From: an uncultured Gammaproteobacteria bacterium
Lineage (GTDB): Bacteria > Patescibacteriota > Microgenomatia > UBA8517
DNA length: 64,000 bases
Direction of reading: 5' to 3'
NCBI GenBank assembly: GCA_964599625.1
Contig: CAZRGC010000003.1
Span: 97,759-161,758, forward strand
Shown here one piece after another: positions 7,650-18,273 of this stretch. Position numbers and translations under genes: made by a program. Below the pieces are notes generated by a model. The model saw nothing but the letters and a program-made list of their open reading frames with translations. It searched no databases and was not told where the DNA came from. Position 1 is the stretch's first letter; each line of letters starts with the position of its first letter.

Positions 7650-9377
7650 ATGAAAACATCTTCGCAAAGCAAAAACATGAATGAAAAAAATATAAAAACC
7701 AATCCCTCGATAATGACAACAAAAGTTACAGGTGGAATGAAATTTATAGCACTTTCGGGAACAACAGGTGTTACAGAGAATCTTTATGTATATGAATACG
7801 GTAACGACATGGTTGTTGTTGACTGTGGTGTCGGGTTTCCCGAATCTGAAATGTTTGGGGTGGACCTGGTTATACCTGATTTTTCTTATATAAAACAAAA
7901 CGCCCACAAATTAAGAGGTGTTCTTATTTCTCATGGACACGAAGACCACATTGGAGGTTTACCTTTCCTGCTAAAGGAAGTAAAAACCACAGTGTATGCC
8001 AGTAAACTTGTTGCCGGTTTTATTCAGGAGAAACTTGATGATGCAGAGGTCCAGGGGAATATTAAAGTCTTTGACCCCGAACGTGATGTTTTGACACTTG
8101 GAGTTTTTAAAGTTACACCTTTCAGAGTTGCCCACTCGGTTCCCGATGGGGTTGGTTTTTGTATCGACACACCCGAAGGAAAAATGTTCCATGTGCCGGA
8201 TTACAAATTTGATTGGACACCTGTAGATGGTAGGCCGTTTGACGTCGCAAAACTTTCTGTTCTGGCATCTGGTGGTGCATTGGCCTTGGCATCGGATTCT
8301 CTGGGGTCTACTTCACCTGGATACACTGAAAGCGAGAGAGAGATAGAAGGCAGAATTGAACCTATTGTGCGGGACGCCAAAGGTAAGGTGTACCTGACCA
8401 CTATCTCGTCAAATATAAGTCGTATGCAGCAAACTCTTAATGTCGCAGCAAAAACAGGAAGAAAAGTATGTTTCATTGGCAGATCTATCGTCAGAAAGTC
8501 CGAAATAGCCAGAGATCTGGGTTTTATGTCGCAGGGGAACGGAATAATTGTTCAACCCAAACAAGCCGCCAAACTTCCACCCAATAAAGTTCTTTATATT
8601 ATTTCAGGTAGTTACGGTCAACCCGGAAGTGCACTATACAGGCTTTGTCTGGGCGACCACGACTTCTTGTCTATTGGCAGTAATGACGTGGTTATATTTT
8701 CGGCAGATCCTGCTCCTCCAGGCAGTAAGGCAAATGTTGATTTTTTGGTAGACAAATTAATCGAGTCTGATGTGGATGTGCATTATTACGACATGCAGGA
8801 AGATCTTCATGTTTCGGGACATGGATGTATCAAAGACATCGAAATGCTTTTTGCTTTAGTTAGACCAAAGTATTTTATACCAATTGGTGGAACAGTAAGA
8901 CACAATAGAGCATATGGACTTATTGCTCAAAGTATGGGTGCCGAAGAAAAAGAAATCCTTGCACTTTTGCCTGGCGACATTGTTGAGTTTAATTCTGGAA
9001 TAGCCAGAAGGTCCGGAAAAATTCAGGTTAAAGAGGTGCTGGTTGACGGATTAGGCATTGGAGATGTTGGCAATTCGGTATTAAGGGATAGACACATCCT
9101 TTCTAAAGAGGGAGTTGTTATTGCAATGTGCCAATTTGATCGCAACAACGGTGTTCTTTCCGCACTCCCCGAAATGATAAGCCGAGGTTTTGTTTTTGAA
9201 CAAAAATATGGCCGGCTTTTGGATGAAGCGTCACGGGACCTTGCAAAGGTCCTGGATAGAAAAAAGAATGTTAACGCGCTTTTTATACGAAACACTACGA
9301 TTGATTTTCTCGAAAAATATTTCTTCCAAAAAACAGGCAGGCGCCCAATGATACTTCCGTTGGTTGTGGAGACTTGA
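7650..9377 (+). CDS. rnj: Ribonuclease J (metallo-beta-lactamase / beta-CASP)
   Basis: VVVDCGVGFPE..ISHGHEDHIGGLPFLL, HVSGHG, beta-CASP region. 575 aa. The true start may be an internal Met (approx. 7737). Confidence 0.85.
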   Translation: MKTSSQSKNMNEKNIKTNPSIMTTKVTGGMKFIALSGTTGVTENLYVYEYGNDMVVVDCGVGFPESEMFGVDLVIPDFSYIKQNAHKLRGVLISHGHEDHIGGLPFLLKEVKTTVYASKLVAGFIQEKLDDAEVQGNIKVFDPERDVLTLGVFKVTPFRVAHSVPDGVGFCIDTPEGKMFHVPDYKFDWTPVDGRPFDVAKLSVLASGGALALASDSLGSTSPGYTESEREIEGRIEPIVRDAKGKVYLTTISSNISRMQQTLNVAAKTGRKVCFIGRSIVRKSEIARDLGFMSQGNGIIVQPKQAAKLPPNKVLYIISGSYGQPGSALYRLCLGDHDFLSIGSNDVVIFSADPAPPGSKANVDFLVDKLIESDVDVHYYDMQEDLHVSGHGCIKDIEMLFALVRPKYFIPIGGTVRHNRAYGLIAQSMGAEEKEILALLPGDIVEFNSGIARRSGKIQVKEVLVDGLGIGDVGNSVLRDRHILSKEGVVIAMCQFDRNNGVLSALPEMISRGFVFEQKYGRLLDEASRDLAKVLDRKKNVNALFIRNTTIDFLEKYFFQKTGRRPMILPLVVET

Positions 9378-9456
9378 CGTTAATGTTGCAGGCTTGAAGC
9401 TTCCAAGATCTTTTTGTAAAGTATACAATGCATTTGCGTAGTGAAATCAAAATAAA

Positions 9457-11592
9457 ATGAAGCAAAGAAAAAGAATAACAAAACGGGGTTTCAAATTAAA
9501 ACTTAAGAAGGAAACTACTTTTTCTATTGCTCAGATTTTTTTCTTTATTTTTTCTGCTCTTATTTTGGTCTCTTTTTCAAAACAGGGCGCAATTCTTCGG
9601 GGTTTTAATGACTTTTTAACAAATTATTTTGGATGGTCTGCTGTGTTTTTGCCATTTATAACCCTGTCGTTTGCGTTTCTGGTGTCCAAAATTAAATTTC
9701 CTTTGGGTCAACCCAATGTTGTTGTCGGCGGACTTCTTTTTTTTGTTTCTGTGATGGCTTTGGGTAAGGCGGGGGCTTTGGGAGTGGGCTCCTGGGAGAT
9801 GATTGCCAGTTTGATATCTGGGTTTGGGGCTGGATTGGTTTTTTTCTGCTCGGCCTTTATTGGGTTAATAGTTCTTTTTAACACTTCAGTAGATGTTGTT
9901 TTTAAATATTTACAGGGACTTTTCAAGACAGCAAAAGGATATGTAAAAAGCGATACACAATTTAAAGTTAGCGGTTCCGGCATTAGTAAACCCTTAAGCA
10001 CGGGTCCTTTGAAAGTTGTTGGTGGTGGCGCTTCCCCAGCCATTAATTCGAATACTACGGTTACTCCTACAAAAACTACTGTACCCGCAGCCGTTCCTCA
10101 TGCTGCGCTTGAACAAAAGTTGGTGAGCAATGTTCCAGGCGAAGAGATGATTTGGAAATATCCGTCGGTAAATCTTCTTAGTGAAACGGACAATGGTAAA
10201 GCAGAGCGAGGAGATATCAAAGGCAACGCTGATACTATCGAGAAAACCCTGGACTCTTTTGGAATATCTGCGCGTGTTGTGGAAGTAAACCTTGGCCCTG
10301 CTGTCACACAGTATGCCCTAGAGGTGGCACTTGGAACCAAGCTTTCCAAAATAACCTCACTCGAACGTGATTTGGCATTGGCACTTTCCGCACCAACAGG
10401 AACTATAAGAATAGAGGCTCCAATTCCTGGGCGTAATTTAGTGGGAATTGAGCTTCCAAACCGATCTGCCGAGTTTGTGAGTCTAAGAAAAATGATGTCT
10501 TCTGATGAAATGCTGGGTCATAAATCTAAGCTCGCGGTTGCATTGGGTTTTGATGTTTCGGGTAAGCCTATTGTTGCAGATGTTGCCAGAATGCCCCATG
10601 TGCTTATTGCAGGACAAACAGGATCCGGAAAGTCTGTTTGTATAAACACTTTCCTTGCATCAATTCTTTTCAGAGCAGCACCAACCGAAGTAAAAATGAT
10701 ATTGGTTGACCCTAAGCGAGTAGAAATGACTGGTTACAATGGAATTCCCCATTTGTTGACCCCTGTTATAGTTGAGCCGGATAAAGTCATAAACGCTCTT
10801 AATTGGGTAATGGGGGAAATGGATAGAAGATACAAACAATTTGCCGAAGCAGGCGCCAGAAACATTGAGGCTTATAACGAGATGTCCGGTTTTCAAGCCC
10901 TGCCTTATATAGTTGTAGTTATCGACGAACTTGCTGATATTATGCTTTTTTCACCTGTTCAAGTTGAGGACGCCATTACCAGGATTGCACAAATGAGCCG
11001 TGCAACCGGGATACACATGGTCCTGGCAACTCAAAGGCCGTCTGTGGATGTCATTACCGGACTCATTAAAGCAAATGTACCAAGCAGGATTGCATTTGCC
11101 GTGTCGTCCCAAATTGACTCTCGTGTTATTTTGGATACACAAGGAGCAGAAAAGCTTTTGGGTAAAGGTGATATGCTTTATCTACCTCCGGAACAAGCTA
11201 AGCCGTTGAGAATTCAAGGGGCTTTCGTGAATGACAAAGAAATAAACGCTTTGGTATCGTTTATTAAAAATCAGGGAATTGAGCCGCACTACACCGAAGG
11301 TGTCACAACAAGTGTTAAGCCGGGCACTGTTGTAGTTCCGGGAGTTGAAGGAGGGGTTGATGATATGTTCAAAGAAGCGGTAAGGGTGGTGTGTCAATTT
11401 GATCGAGCAAGCGCGTCACTTTTGCAAAGAAAACTTTCAATTGGTTATTCAAGGGCAGCAAGAGTTATAGATCAGTTGGAAGCTGCGGGGGTGGTGGGCC
11501 CCTCTGATGGAACAAGTAAACCCAGAGAAGTATTGGTGCAAAATGCGGAAGAATTCCTTGCCTCATTCGGTGCTCAGCCAGCCCAAGGTTAG
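9457..11592 (+). CDS. ftsK: DNA translocase FtsK/SpoIIIE
   Basis: N-terminal TM segments. Motor domain with Walker A AGQTGSGKSVCIN, Walker B VVVIDELADIM, and a gamma wHTH domain at the C-terminus. Confidence 0.9.
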   Translation: MKQRKRITKRGFKLKLKKETTFSIAQIFFFIFSALILVSFSKQGAILRGFNDFLTNYFGWSAVFLPFITLSFAFLVSKIKFPLGQPNVVVGGLLFFVSVMALGKAGALGVGSWEMIASLISGFGAGLVFFCSAFIGLIVLFNTSVDVVFKYLQGLFKTAKGYVKSDTQFKVSGSGISKPLSTGPLKVVGGGASPAINSNTTVTPTKTTVPAAVPHAALEQKLVSNVPGEEMIWKYPSVNLLSETDNGKAERGDIKGNADTIEKTLDSFGISARVVEVNLGPAVTQYALEVALGTKLSKITSLERDLALALSAPTGTIRIEAPIPGRNLVGIELPNRSAEFVSLRKMMSSDEMLGHKSKLAVALGFDVSGKPIVADVARMPHVLIAGQTGSGKSVCINTFLASILFRAAPTEVKMILVDPKRVEMTGYNGIPHLLTPVIVEPDKVINALNWVMGEMDRRYKQFAEAGARNIEAYNEMSGFQALPYIVVVIDELADIMLFSPVQVEDAITRIAQMSRATGIHMVLATQRPSVDVITGLIKANVPSRIAFAVSSQIDSRVILDTQGAEKLLGKGDMLYLPPEQAKPLRIQGAFVNDKEINALVSFIKNQGIEPHYTEGVTTSVKPGTVVVPGVEGGVDDMFKEAVRVVCQFDRASASLLQRKLSIGYSRAARVIDQLEAAGVVGPSDGTSKPREVLVQNAEEFLASFGAQPAQG

Positions 11593-11673
11593 TGTAATAA
11601 TATAAAATTCCGTTAGGAGATGTTAGGCGATTCGAAGAATCTCCAAAGATGAATTTTATATAAAACAAATTTT

Positions 11674-12303
11674 ATGAAAACAATTGGACAGATACTCAAA
11701 AATGCCCGTGTTGAAAAAAAACTTTCAATTGCTGATCTGGAAGACACCACAAAGATCAAGGAATCTTTTCTAAGATCGATCGAAAATGAAAACTGGTCGT
11801 CACTTCCCGCATTCCCAGTGGTACTGGGTTTTGTAAAGAGCATATCAGGTGTGTTGCATTTAAACGAAAACACAACGGTGGCAATTCTTAAAAGGGACTA
11901 CCCACCCAAGAAACTGACAATAAATCCAAGTCCGGATATTTCTGATAAAAAAATGGTGTGGGGTCCAAAGACGACTTTTTTTGCCGGTGTTTTTTTTGTG
12001 GTTCTTTTTGTTGTTGGGTATTTGGGTTACCAATACTACAAATTTGTTTCTCCACCAATGATAAGACTGGAAAGTCCCAAGGAGAATCAAATGATTTCAG
12101 GGAGTTCTGTTCTCGTGTTTGGTTCAACAGATACAGACGCCAAAATAACTGTAAACAACCAACCTGTTTTGGTTGATGACGGGGGTAAGTTCAAAGTAGA
12201 TCTTGGAGTGAGCAAAGCGACTCAGGAAGTTGTTGTGAAGGCCACGTCCCGTACTGGCAAAGAGAGTGTAGTTTCGCGTAAAATAAACGTAAGTCAAAAC
12301 TGA
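11674..12303 (+). CDS. HTH (XRE-type) domain membrane protein, RodZ-like
   Basis: N-terminal HTH (..LSIADLEDTTKIKESFLRSIEN..), a single TM (FFAGVFFVVLFVVGYL), and an extracytoplasmic C-terminal domain. Confidence 0.55.
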   Translation: MKTIGQILKNARVEKKLSIADLEDTTKIKESFLRSIENENWSSLPAFPVVLGFVKSISGVLHLNENTTVAILKRDYPPKKLTINPSPDISDKKMVWGPKTTFFAGVFFVVLFVVGYLGYQYYKFVSPPMIRLESPKENQMISGSSVLVFGSTDTDAKITVNNQPVLVDDGGKFKVDLGVSKATQEVVVKATSRTGKESVVSRKINVSQN

Positions 12304-12306
12304 TAT

Positions 12307-12540
12307 ATGGACTCTGTTCAAACACTTTTAGTGATCGTAGTGATAAGCCTGACGTTGCTTTTGATGGTTGTGGGTGTTCAAGTGATGCTTATAATTTTTG
12401 ATCTTAGAAAGGCAATCAAAAGACTCAATAGTATTTTGGAAGACTCAATTTTGGGTGGAGGACTTATACGACCCGAAAAGCTGACTTCAGTTATGGAGAT
12501 CCTCAGGAAAAACAAGAAAATTGAGACTCACGGAGGATAG
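12307..12540 (+). CDS. Small hypothetical membrane protein
   Basis: 77 aa with one hydrophobic helix. No motifs. Confidence 0.3.
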   Translation: MDSVQTLLVIVVISLTLLLMVVGVQVMLIIFDLRKAIKRLNSILEDSILGGGLIRPEKLTSVMEILRKNKKIETHGG

Positions 12541-12582
12541 GAGTATAATCTATAGGATAGTTTTCGTTTAGAGGAGTGAACC

Positions 12583-12936
12583 TTGAACATAAGATTACCC
12601 TACTGGATTACAGGGATTGCCTGGATCCTTATATTTATCTACCTGGGATACAACAACATCAACTACCTTTCCGGGCGCCCTAACACATATTTTGGCGGTG
12701 TCGAGGCCATGATTCTCGTCATGGGTGGTGTTGGTCTTGTTTTTTCGGTCTTTCAATTTAAGTATGGGCTTTTGGGAGTTGGCATCCTGATGCTGGTGTT
12801 CGCTGTATGTGGCGGGCTTGCGACAATTATCACATCGGTGAACCTGGAATACATGGTGCAGTATTTGAAAGGTTTGTCCTTTCTGGCTCACACCTCCCTT
12901 CCCAATTTTGTGGTTCTTTTTGACAAAGAAAGTTAA
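12583..12936 (+). CDS. Hypothetical integral membrane protein (TTG start)
   Basis: 117 aa with 3-4 predicted TM helices. Confidence 0.4.
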   Translation: MNIRLPYWITGIAWILIFIYLGYNNINYLSGRPNTYFGGVEAMILVMGGVGLVFSVFQFKYGLLGVGILMLVFAVCGGLATIITSVNLEYMVQYLKGLSFLAHTSLPNFVVLFDKES

Positions 12937-12941
12937 GGCCT

Positions 12942-12979
12942 AACCGCGACGACAAAAAACCGTCGCGGTTATTTTTTTT
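12942..12979 (+). terminator. Rho-independent terminator (AACCGCGACG-loop-CGTCGCGGTT + T8)
   Basis: Perfect 10-bp stem followed by ATTTTTTTT, directly upstream of alaS. Confidence 0.75.
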
Positions 12980-12985
12980 GACCAA

Positions 12986-14815
12986 ATGCGATATACTTTA
13001 CGCATGACGACGAAGGAAATAAGAGAAAAATATTTAGAATTTTATAAAAAACAAAACCATAAGATTATTGCTCCATCTCCGTTGGTTTTGGAAAACGACC
13101 CAACAACGCTGTTTACTTCGTCCGGAATGCAACAAATGATCCCCTACTTAAAAGGTGAGACGCATCCTCTGGGAAAAAGACTTGTTGATTCGCAGCCGTC
13201 ACTCAGGCTGCAAGATTTGGAAGAAGTTGGAGATAATCGTCATACGACTTTTTTTGAAATGCTTGGTAATTGGAGTTTGGGTGATTACTTTAAAGACGAA
13301 CAACTCAATTGGATCTGGCAGTTTTTTACAAAGGAGCTTGGGCTTAATCCCGACAGACTTTACGTGTCATGTTTTGCCGGAAACGAGAGTGTTGCAAAAG
13401 ATGAGGAATCATACGAAATTTGGAAAAAAATTGGTGTTCCCGAAAATCACATTCATTTTTATGATGCCAAAAAAAACTGGTGGAGCAGAGCAGGTGGGCC
13501 CGACCAAATGCCTGCTGGTGAAGTGGGTGGACCAGATAGTGAAGTCTTTTTTGAATTTGAGAATGTGTCCCACAACCCAGAATTTGGCAAATTTTGTCAT
13601 CCGAACTGCGACTGTGGAAAATTCATGGAGATTGCCAACTCAGTTTTTATGCAGTTTAAAAAAGAGAGTAGCGGGAGTTTGAGCGAGCTGCCTCAGAAGA
13701 ATGTCGACTTTGGGGGAGGTCTCGAAAGAATCTCGGCTGCTTTAAACAATGATCCTGATATTTTTAAAATAGACATTTTTGACTCAATTGTTAAGAAGAT
13801 TGAAAAAGAAGTTGGTGCAGAGTACGGAACTGACGAAAAGAAGACAAAGAGTTTCAGGGTTATAGCGGATCATCTTCGTGCTTCCTGCAATCTTCTTTCG
13901 GAGGGCGTCATTCCTTCCAACAAGCTCCAAGGTTATGTGCTTAGGCGTTTGGTTAGACGGGCGATGTTTCACTTTCACTTGTTGGGAAGCGGAATTTCTG
14001 GGAGTGCAGTCTCATCCATCGCTGAAAGCCTTAGAAATGAGTATCCAATTATCGATAAAAACTGGCAAGTTGTATCAGAAAACTTGACTATAGAGGCAAC
14101 AAAGTTTGAATCTGCTCTCAAACGGGGTCTTGCCAAATTGACTAAGGGGGTTTCCGGTGGCAAAAACATTGACGGTAAGTTTGCATTTGACTTGTATCAA
14201 ACAGAGGGTTTTCCTCTTGAGCTTACGCTTGAGATTTTGACTCAAAACGGAATGCAGTTTAGTGACAACGAGAAGAATAATTTTGCATCGGAATTTGAAA
14301 AACATAAAGAAAACTCAAGAACAACAAGTGCCGGAATGTTTAAAGGTGGTTTGGAAAGTAAGAGCGATGAGACAATCACCAAGTTGCATACTGCGACACA
14401 TCTTTTGCATGCATCGCTGAGAAAGGTATTGGGAGAACATGTTTCCCAAAAAGGAAGCCATATTACGAAAGAAAGATTGAGATTTGATTTTTCTCACCAA
14501 TCTAAACTTACTCAAGAACAGATAAAAGAAATTGAAAATCTTATAAACGAACAAATTAAAAAAGATTTACCTGTGTCTTTTGAGATGAAAACTCTTGATG
14601 AGGCGATTACAGAAGGCGCTTTGCATTTTTTTGCGGAGAGATATGGGAGTGAGGTTAAAGTCTATACGATTGGTGACCCTAAGGGTGATTATTTTTCTAA
14701 AGAAATATGTGGCGGTCCCCATGTTGCCCACACTGGCGAGGTTGGTAATATTAGTATAATAAAGCAAGAGAGCATTGGTTCAGGAACAATTAGGATTTAT
14801 GCGTCTATAACCTGA
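12986..14815 (+). CDS. alaS: Alanine--tRNA ligase (short form, lacks C-terminal C-Ala domain)
   Basis: N-terminal catalytic core (..TLFTSSGMQQ..HHTFFEMLGNWSLGDYFK..), editing domain with HTATHLLHASL and ..GGPHV.. motifs. 609 aa. Confidence 0.9.
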   Translation: MRYTLRMTTKEIREKYLEFYKKQNHKIIAPSPLVLENDPTTLFTSSGMQQMIPYLKGETHPLGKRLVDSQPSLRLQDLEEVGDNRHTTFFEMLGNWSLGDYFKDEQLNWIWQFFTKELGLNPDRLYVSCFAGNESVAKDEESYEIWKKIGVPENHIHFYDAKKNWWSRAGGPDQMPAGEVGGPDSEVFFEFENVSHNPEFGKFCHPNCDCGKFMEIANSVFMQFKKESSGSLSELPQKNVDFGGGLERISAALNNDPDIFKIDIFDSIVKKIEKEVGAEYGTDEKKTKSFRVIADHLRASCNLLSEGVIPSNKLQGYVLRRLVRRAMFHFHLLGSGISGSAVSSIAESLRNEYPIIDKNWQVVSENLTIEATKFESALKRGLAKLTKGVSGGKNIDGKFAFDLYQTEGFPLELTLEILTQNGMQFSDNEKNNFASEFEKHKENSRTTSAGMFKGGLESKSDETITKLHTATHLLHASLRKVLGEHVSQKGSHITKERLRFDFSHQSKLTQEQIKEIENLINEQIKKDLPVSFEMKTLDEAITEGALHFFAERYGSEVKVYTIGDPKGDYFSKEICGGPHVAHTGEVGNISIIKQESIGSGTIRIYASIT

Positions 14816-14878
14816 TATTATATAGTCATATTAAAACAAGATATCAGTTTTGTTTTGCTATAAATAGCTGCCCAAAAG

Positions 14879-17107
14879 ATGAATTTAAAAGATTTTTTGT
14901 CCAACAAAGGAAAACCACCCGAACTCTATTGGTCGTTGGTATTGGAAGACGGTTGGGTTCAAGCCGGTATTTGGTATATAGATCAGTCTGTTGCGCAGGT
15001 TGTTGGAACAAGTCCCGCAGCAGCATGGGAAGTCAAAGAAGAATTGGTTGGAGCAACTGATTCAGCTTTGTCTTCGGCGATTCAAAGACTTCCGGAGGAT
15101 TACCCCGAACCCAACAAGACAGTGTTTGGCGTTCCTTCTTCATGGGTCAAAAACGGCGAGATCGACGAAGATCATTTGAGGTTGATTAAAAAAATTTGTT
15201 CAGAACTATCATTGATACCTGTGGGTTTTGTTGTGCTTCCTGAAGCAATTGCACATCTTTACAAGTCTGAAGAAGGGGCGCCTGTTAATGCGATAGTAAT
15301 GGGAATAGGGAGAGAGAATTTGGAAATTGCAGTGTTTTCTTTGGGTAATCTGTTGGGTACAACTCAGGTTGCCAGAAGTGTGTCTTTAATCGATGATGTT
15401 ACCGAGGGGCTATCCAGATTTGAAAGCTCTTCACCGCTCCCGTCTAGGTTTATTCTTTTTGACGGAAAAGGGGGAGAGTTGGAGGATGCTAAAGACCAAA
15501 TCCTAAAAAATCGTTGGGAAGAGAGTGAAAGAGTCAAATTTTTACACACACCAAAAGCTGAAATATTGCTCCCCGAAAGGAAAGTTTTGGCAACGTCTTT
15601 GGCGGGTGCAAACGAAATTGCAGATGTCTCAAAAGTTGAAACTCAAGACCAAAAAGAAGTTATCGAAGGTCCCTATACGGAGAACATCCCACCCGAAACA
15701 GCAAATGTCCAGGAAACAAACGAAGTTACACCTGAAGACCTTGGTTTTTCTTTGGATTCCGACGTGAGTTTGAACAAACAGGTTGAACCTGATGTTGTAA
15801 AAGCTTTTGAAAAACCGCCGGCTACTGAGCACGTGCAGCCCACGATTCACCGTCAATCTCCTGTTTTTGAACATAAGCCAAAAATTAACCTTAAAGAAAT
15901 GTTCAATAAAGTGAAAACAAAAGCATCGGCTTTGCTGAAAAGACTTTCGTTTTCGGCAAAAATCTCTTCTGCCAGACATGGAGTGATGAAGCCGGTGTAT
16001 CTGGTTGTTCTTGTGCTTGTTTTGGCAGGACTAGGGGCGCTTTGGTGGTTTGTACCCAAAGCGGAAGTAGTTGTATATGTTAGGCCTCAAATAGTTCAGG
16101 AAGAAACAGAAGTTGTATTTACAACTAGTGGCCAGGGTGACATAAATTCGGGGTTGGTTGCTGCCAAATCCGTGACCTCTAATGTTAGCGGCGAAAAGAC
16201 GAAGTCGGCAACTGGAAGCAAACTTGTCGGTGACAAAGCCAAGGGTACAGTACAAATTCAAAACGGCACAGCATTTCCAATCAATCTGACTGCCGGAACT
16301 TTTTTGGTGTCGTCGGGTAATTTAAAATTCGAACTTGATCAGGCAGCCTCAGTCTCTGCTGCGCTGTCCCCGACTTCGCCGGGAACGGCTAGCTTGTCTG
16401 TGACGGCGGGTTCGATAGGCGCGGAATACAATTTGGCAAAAAGTGAAGTATTCAAGGTAGGCAATTATCCCAAAGCCGAGGTTGATGCCACATCAATAAC
16501 CGACTTTGCAGGAGGAAGCTCCAGACAGATTTCAGCCGTAAGCAAAGTGGATATTGAAACATTGCAAACTTCACTTAAAGAGGAGCTAGTACAAAAAGCA
16601 AAGGAAGATTTATCGTCTAAGGTTTTAGACGGCCAAGTGTTGGTTTCTGATTTTGTTTCAAGCGATGTTGCATCCGAAACATTTGATCACAAACAGGGTG
16701 AAGAAGCCAACAACGTTAAGTTAAATATGGAGATTGCTGCCAATGCGCTTGTGGCCGACAAGAACAATTTATATGATTTTGCATCAAAAGTTCTGACTGA
16801 CAAAAAACCGGAGGGTTTTGTTTTAAGAAACGAACAAATAAAGTTCGAGTTTAGTTTTGTGGAACAAAAAGACGAGGGTTATGTTTACAAGGTAAAAATC
16901 AATGCAAATTTCCTACCTTCATTTTCTGAGAAGGACATAGTAGATAAAATTATTGGAAAGAACCGGGCAACCGCAAAAAATTATCTGTCGAGTATTCCTG
17001 GCTTCGTAAGGGTGGAACTGAAAATCAATCCGCCTTATCCGTTTATATTTAACAGCCTTCCAAGAGTTAGAAAAAACATTGATATTACAGTTGAGGCAGA
17101 CAGGTAG
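14879..17107 (+). CDS. FtsA/PilM-like actin-fold domain fused to a TM segment and a large extracytoplasmic domain (function unknown)
   Basis: N-terminal ~230 aa show the actin-like ATPase pattern (..LIKKICSELSLIPVGFVVLPEAIAHLY...AIVMGIGRENLEIAVFSLGN..). TM at ~aa 370-392 (VYLVVLVLVLAGLGALWWFV). ~350-aa C-terminal domain with no motifs. Confidence 0.5.
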   Translation: MNLKDFLSNKGKPPELYWSLVLEDGWVQAGIWYIDQSVAQVVGTSPAAAWEVKEELVGATDSALSSAIQRLPEDYPEPNKTVFGVPSSWVKNGEIDEDHLRLIKKICSELSLIPVGFVVLPEAIAHLYKSEEGAPVNAIVMGIGRENLEIAVFSLGNLLGTTQVARSVSLIDDVTEGLSRFESSSPLPSRFILFDGKGGELEDAKDQILKNRWEESERVKFLHTPKAEILLPERKVLATSLAGANEIADVSKVETQDQKEVIEGPYTENIPPETANVQETNEVTPEDLGFSLDSDVSLNKQVEPDVVKAFEKPPATEHVQPTIHRQSPVFEHKPKINLKEMFNKVKTKASALLKRLSFSAKISSARHGVMKPVYLVVLVLVLAGLGALWWFVPKAEVVVYVRPQIVQEETEVVFTTSGQGDINSGLVAAKSVTSNVSGEKTKSATGSKLVGDKAKGTVQIQNGTAFPINLTAGTFLVSSGNLKFELDQAASVSAALSPTSPGTASLSVTAGSIGAEYNLAKSEVFKVGNYPKAEVDATSITDFAGGSSRQISAVSKVDIETLQTSLKEELVQKAKEDLSSKVLDGQVLVSDFVSSDVASETFDHKQGEEANNVKLNMEIAANALVADKNNLYDFASKVLTDKKPEGFVLRNEQIKFEFSFVEQKDEGYVYKVKINANFLPSFSEKDIVDKIIGKNRATAKNYLSSIPGFVRVELKINPPYPFIFNSLPRVRKNIDITVEADR

Positions 17108-17145
17108 CACTTAACTTCATCCAAATAATTGTTTATATTTGTGAG

Positions 17146-17826
17146 ATGGATCAACGTACAGTTCTTAGAATATCGGCAATAATCTCAGGTATATCAGGGG
17201 TAATAATACTGGTTGGAGTTTTTTATCCAATAATTTCATACAATTCATCAAAAACCATACCACTCGTTGCACCCGTAACCGAAGAAAATTCCGGTAACCC
17301 TGTTGTTGAAGGTTATCAAACCACACAAAGTTTGGACTACACCCAGGCCAGCAATTGGTTTCAGGGTGGTAATGTTACCAAGAGTGACTTTATTTCTTCG
17401 AAAATTGAATACTACACAATAACCATCCCCAAACTGAAAATTGACTCTGCAACTGTGGCAATTGGTGGAGAGGATTTAAGCAGCCACCTTATACAGTATC
17501 CCGGAACCGCCGTACCGGGAAAAAGGGGAAACTCAGCGATTTTTGGACATTCTATTTTGCCAATTTTTTACAACCCCAAAAATTATCTTGCAATATTTTC
17601 ACTTCTGCCAACCCTTAAGAAAGGTGACGAGATTTTCATCAACTACGACGGTATAGCCTACACTTATAAGGTTGAGTCCATGTTTGAAGTTCTTCCAACA
17701 GACATTCAAGTTCTTGACCAGGATTCCTCTGACTCATTTTTGACACTTGTCACATGCGTACCTCCGGGAGACCCAGGACAACCAAGGAGGCTTGTTGTTA
17801 GGGCAAGAGTTGTTCCGCCTACTTAA
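17146..17826 (+). CDS. Sortase family transpeptidase
   Basis: N-terminal TM anchor, conserved His (AIFGHS), TLVTC active-site Cys motif, conserved Arg near the C-terminus. Confidence 0.75.
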   Translation: MDQRTVLRISAIISGISGVIILVGVFYPIISYNSSKTIPLVAPVTEENSGNPVVEGYQTTQSLDYTQASNWFQGGNVTKSDFISSKIEYYTITIPKLKIDSATVAIGGEDLSSHLIQYPGTAVPGKRGNSAIFGHSILPIFYNPKNYLAIFSLLPTLKKGDEIFINYDGIAYTYKVESMFEVLPTDIQVLDQDSSDSFLTLVTCVPPGDPGQPRRLVVRARVVPPT

Positions 17827-18219
17827 ATGAAAATCATCGGAATAGATTACGGAAGAAAAAAAATAGGAGTGGCACTTTCTATAAACGGATTTGTGGAGCC
17901 AATCAAGGTGTTGCATCTTTCCAACTACCAAGATGGTTTGCAAAAAATAAGAAGCGTGGTTGAATCCGAGAGTCCAGAAAAGATTGTCGTGGGTGTTTCT
18001 GAGGGCGAAATGGGCCTTGAGATAGAAGATTTTGCTGATGACTTGGCAGAAATGCTCAGTCCAACTCAGATTGAACTTTTTGATGAGACCCTCTCTACAA
18101 AAGATGCTAACTTTATTGCCAGGGAATCTGGTGTCGGACGTAAAAAGCTAAAAGAGATGGAAGATGCCTATGCGGCTACGATAATGCTCCAAAACTATTT
18201 AGACTCAAGCGTCTCGTAG
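17827..18219 (+). CDS. ruvX: Putative pre-16S rRNA nuclease / Holliday junction resolvase-like YqgF (RuvX)
   Basis: IIGIDYGRKKIGVALS N-terminal motif of the YqgF family. 130 aa. Confidence 0.8.
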   Translation: MKIIGIDYGRKKIGVALSINGFVEPIKVLHLSNYQDGLQKIRSVVESESPEKIVVGVSEGEMGLEIEDFADDLAEMLSPTQIELFDETLSTKDANFIARESGVGRKKLKEMEDAYAATIMLQNYLDSSVS

Positions 18220-18273
18220 TTTGCCAATTCTTGGCTGGTCCTAAAAAAGATAGTTTGGATTTGTCGAAAAAGG

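Noticed and set aside
13155-13682. 175-aa + strand ORF in an alternate frame
   Set aside because: Lies wholly inside alaS in a different frame; AlaRS motifs define the real frame.
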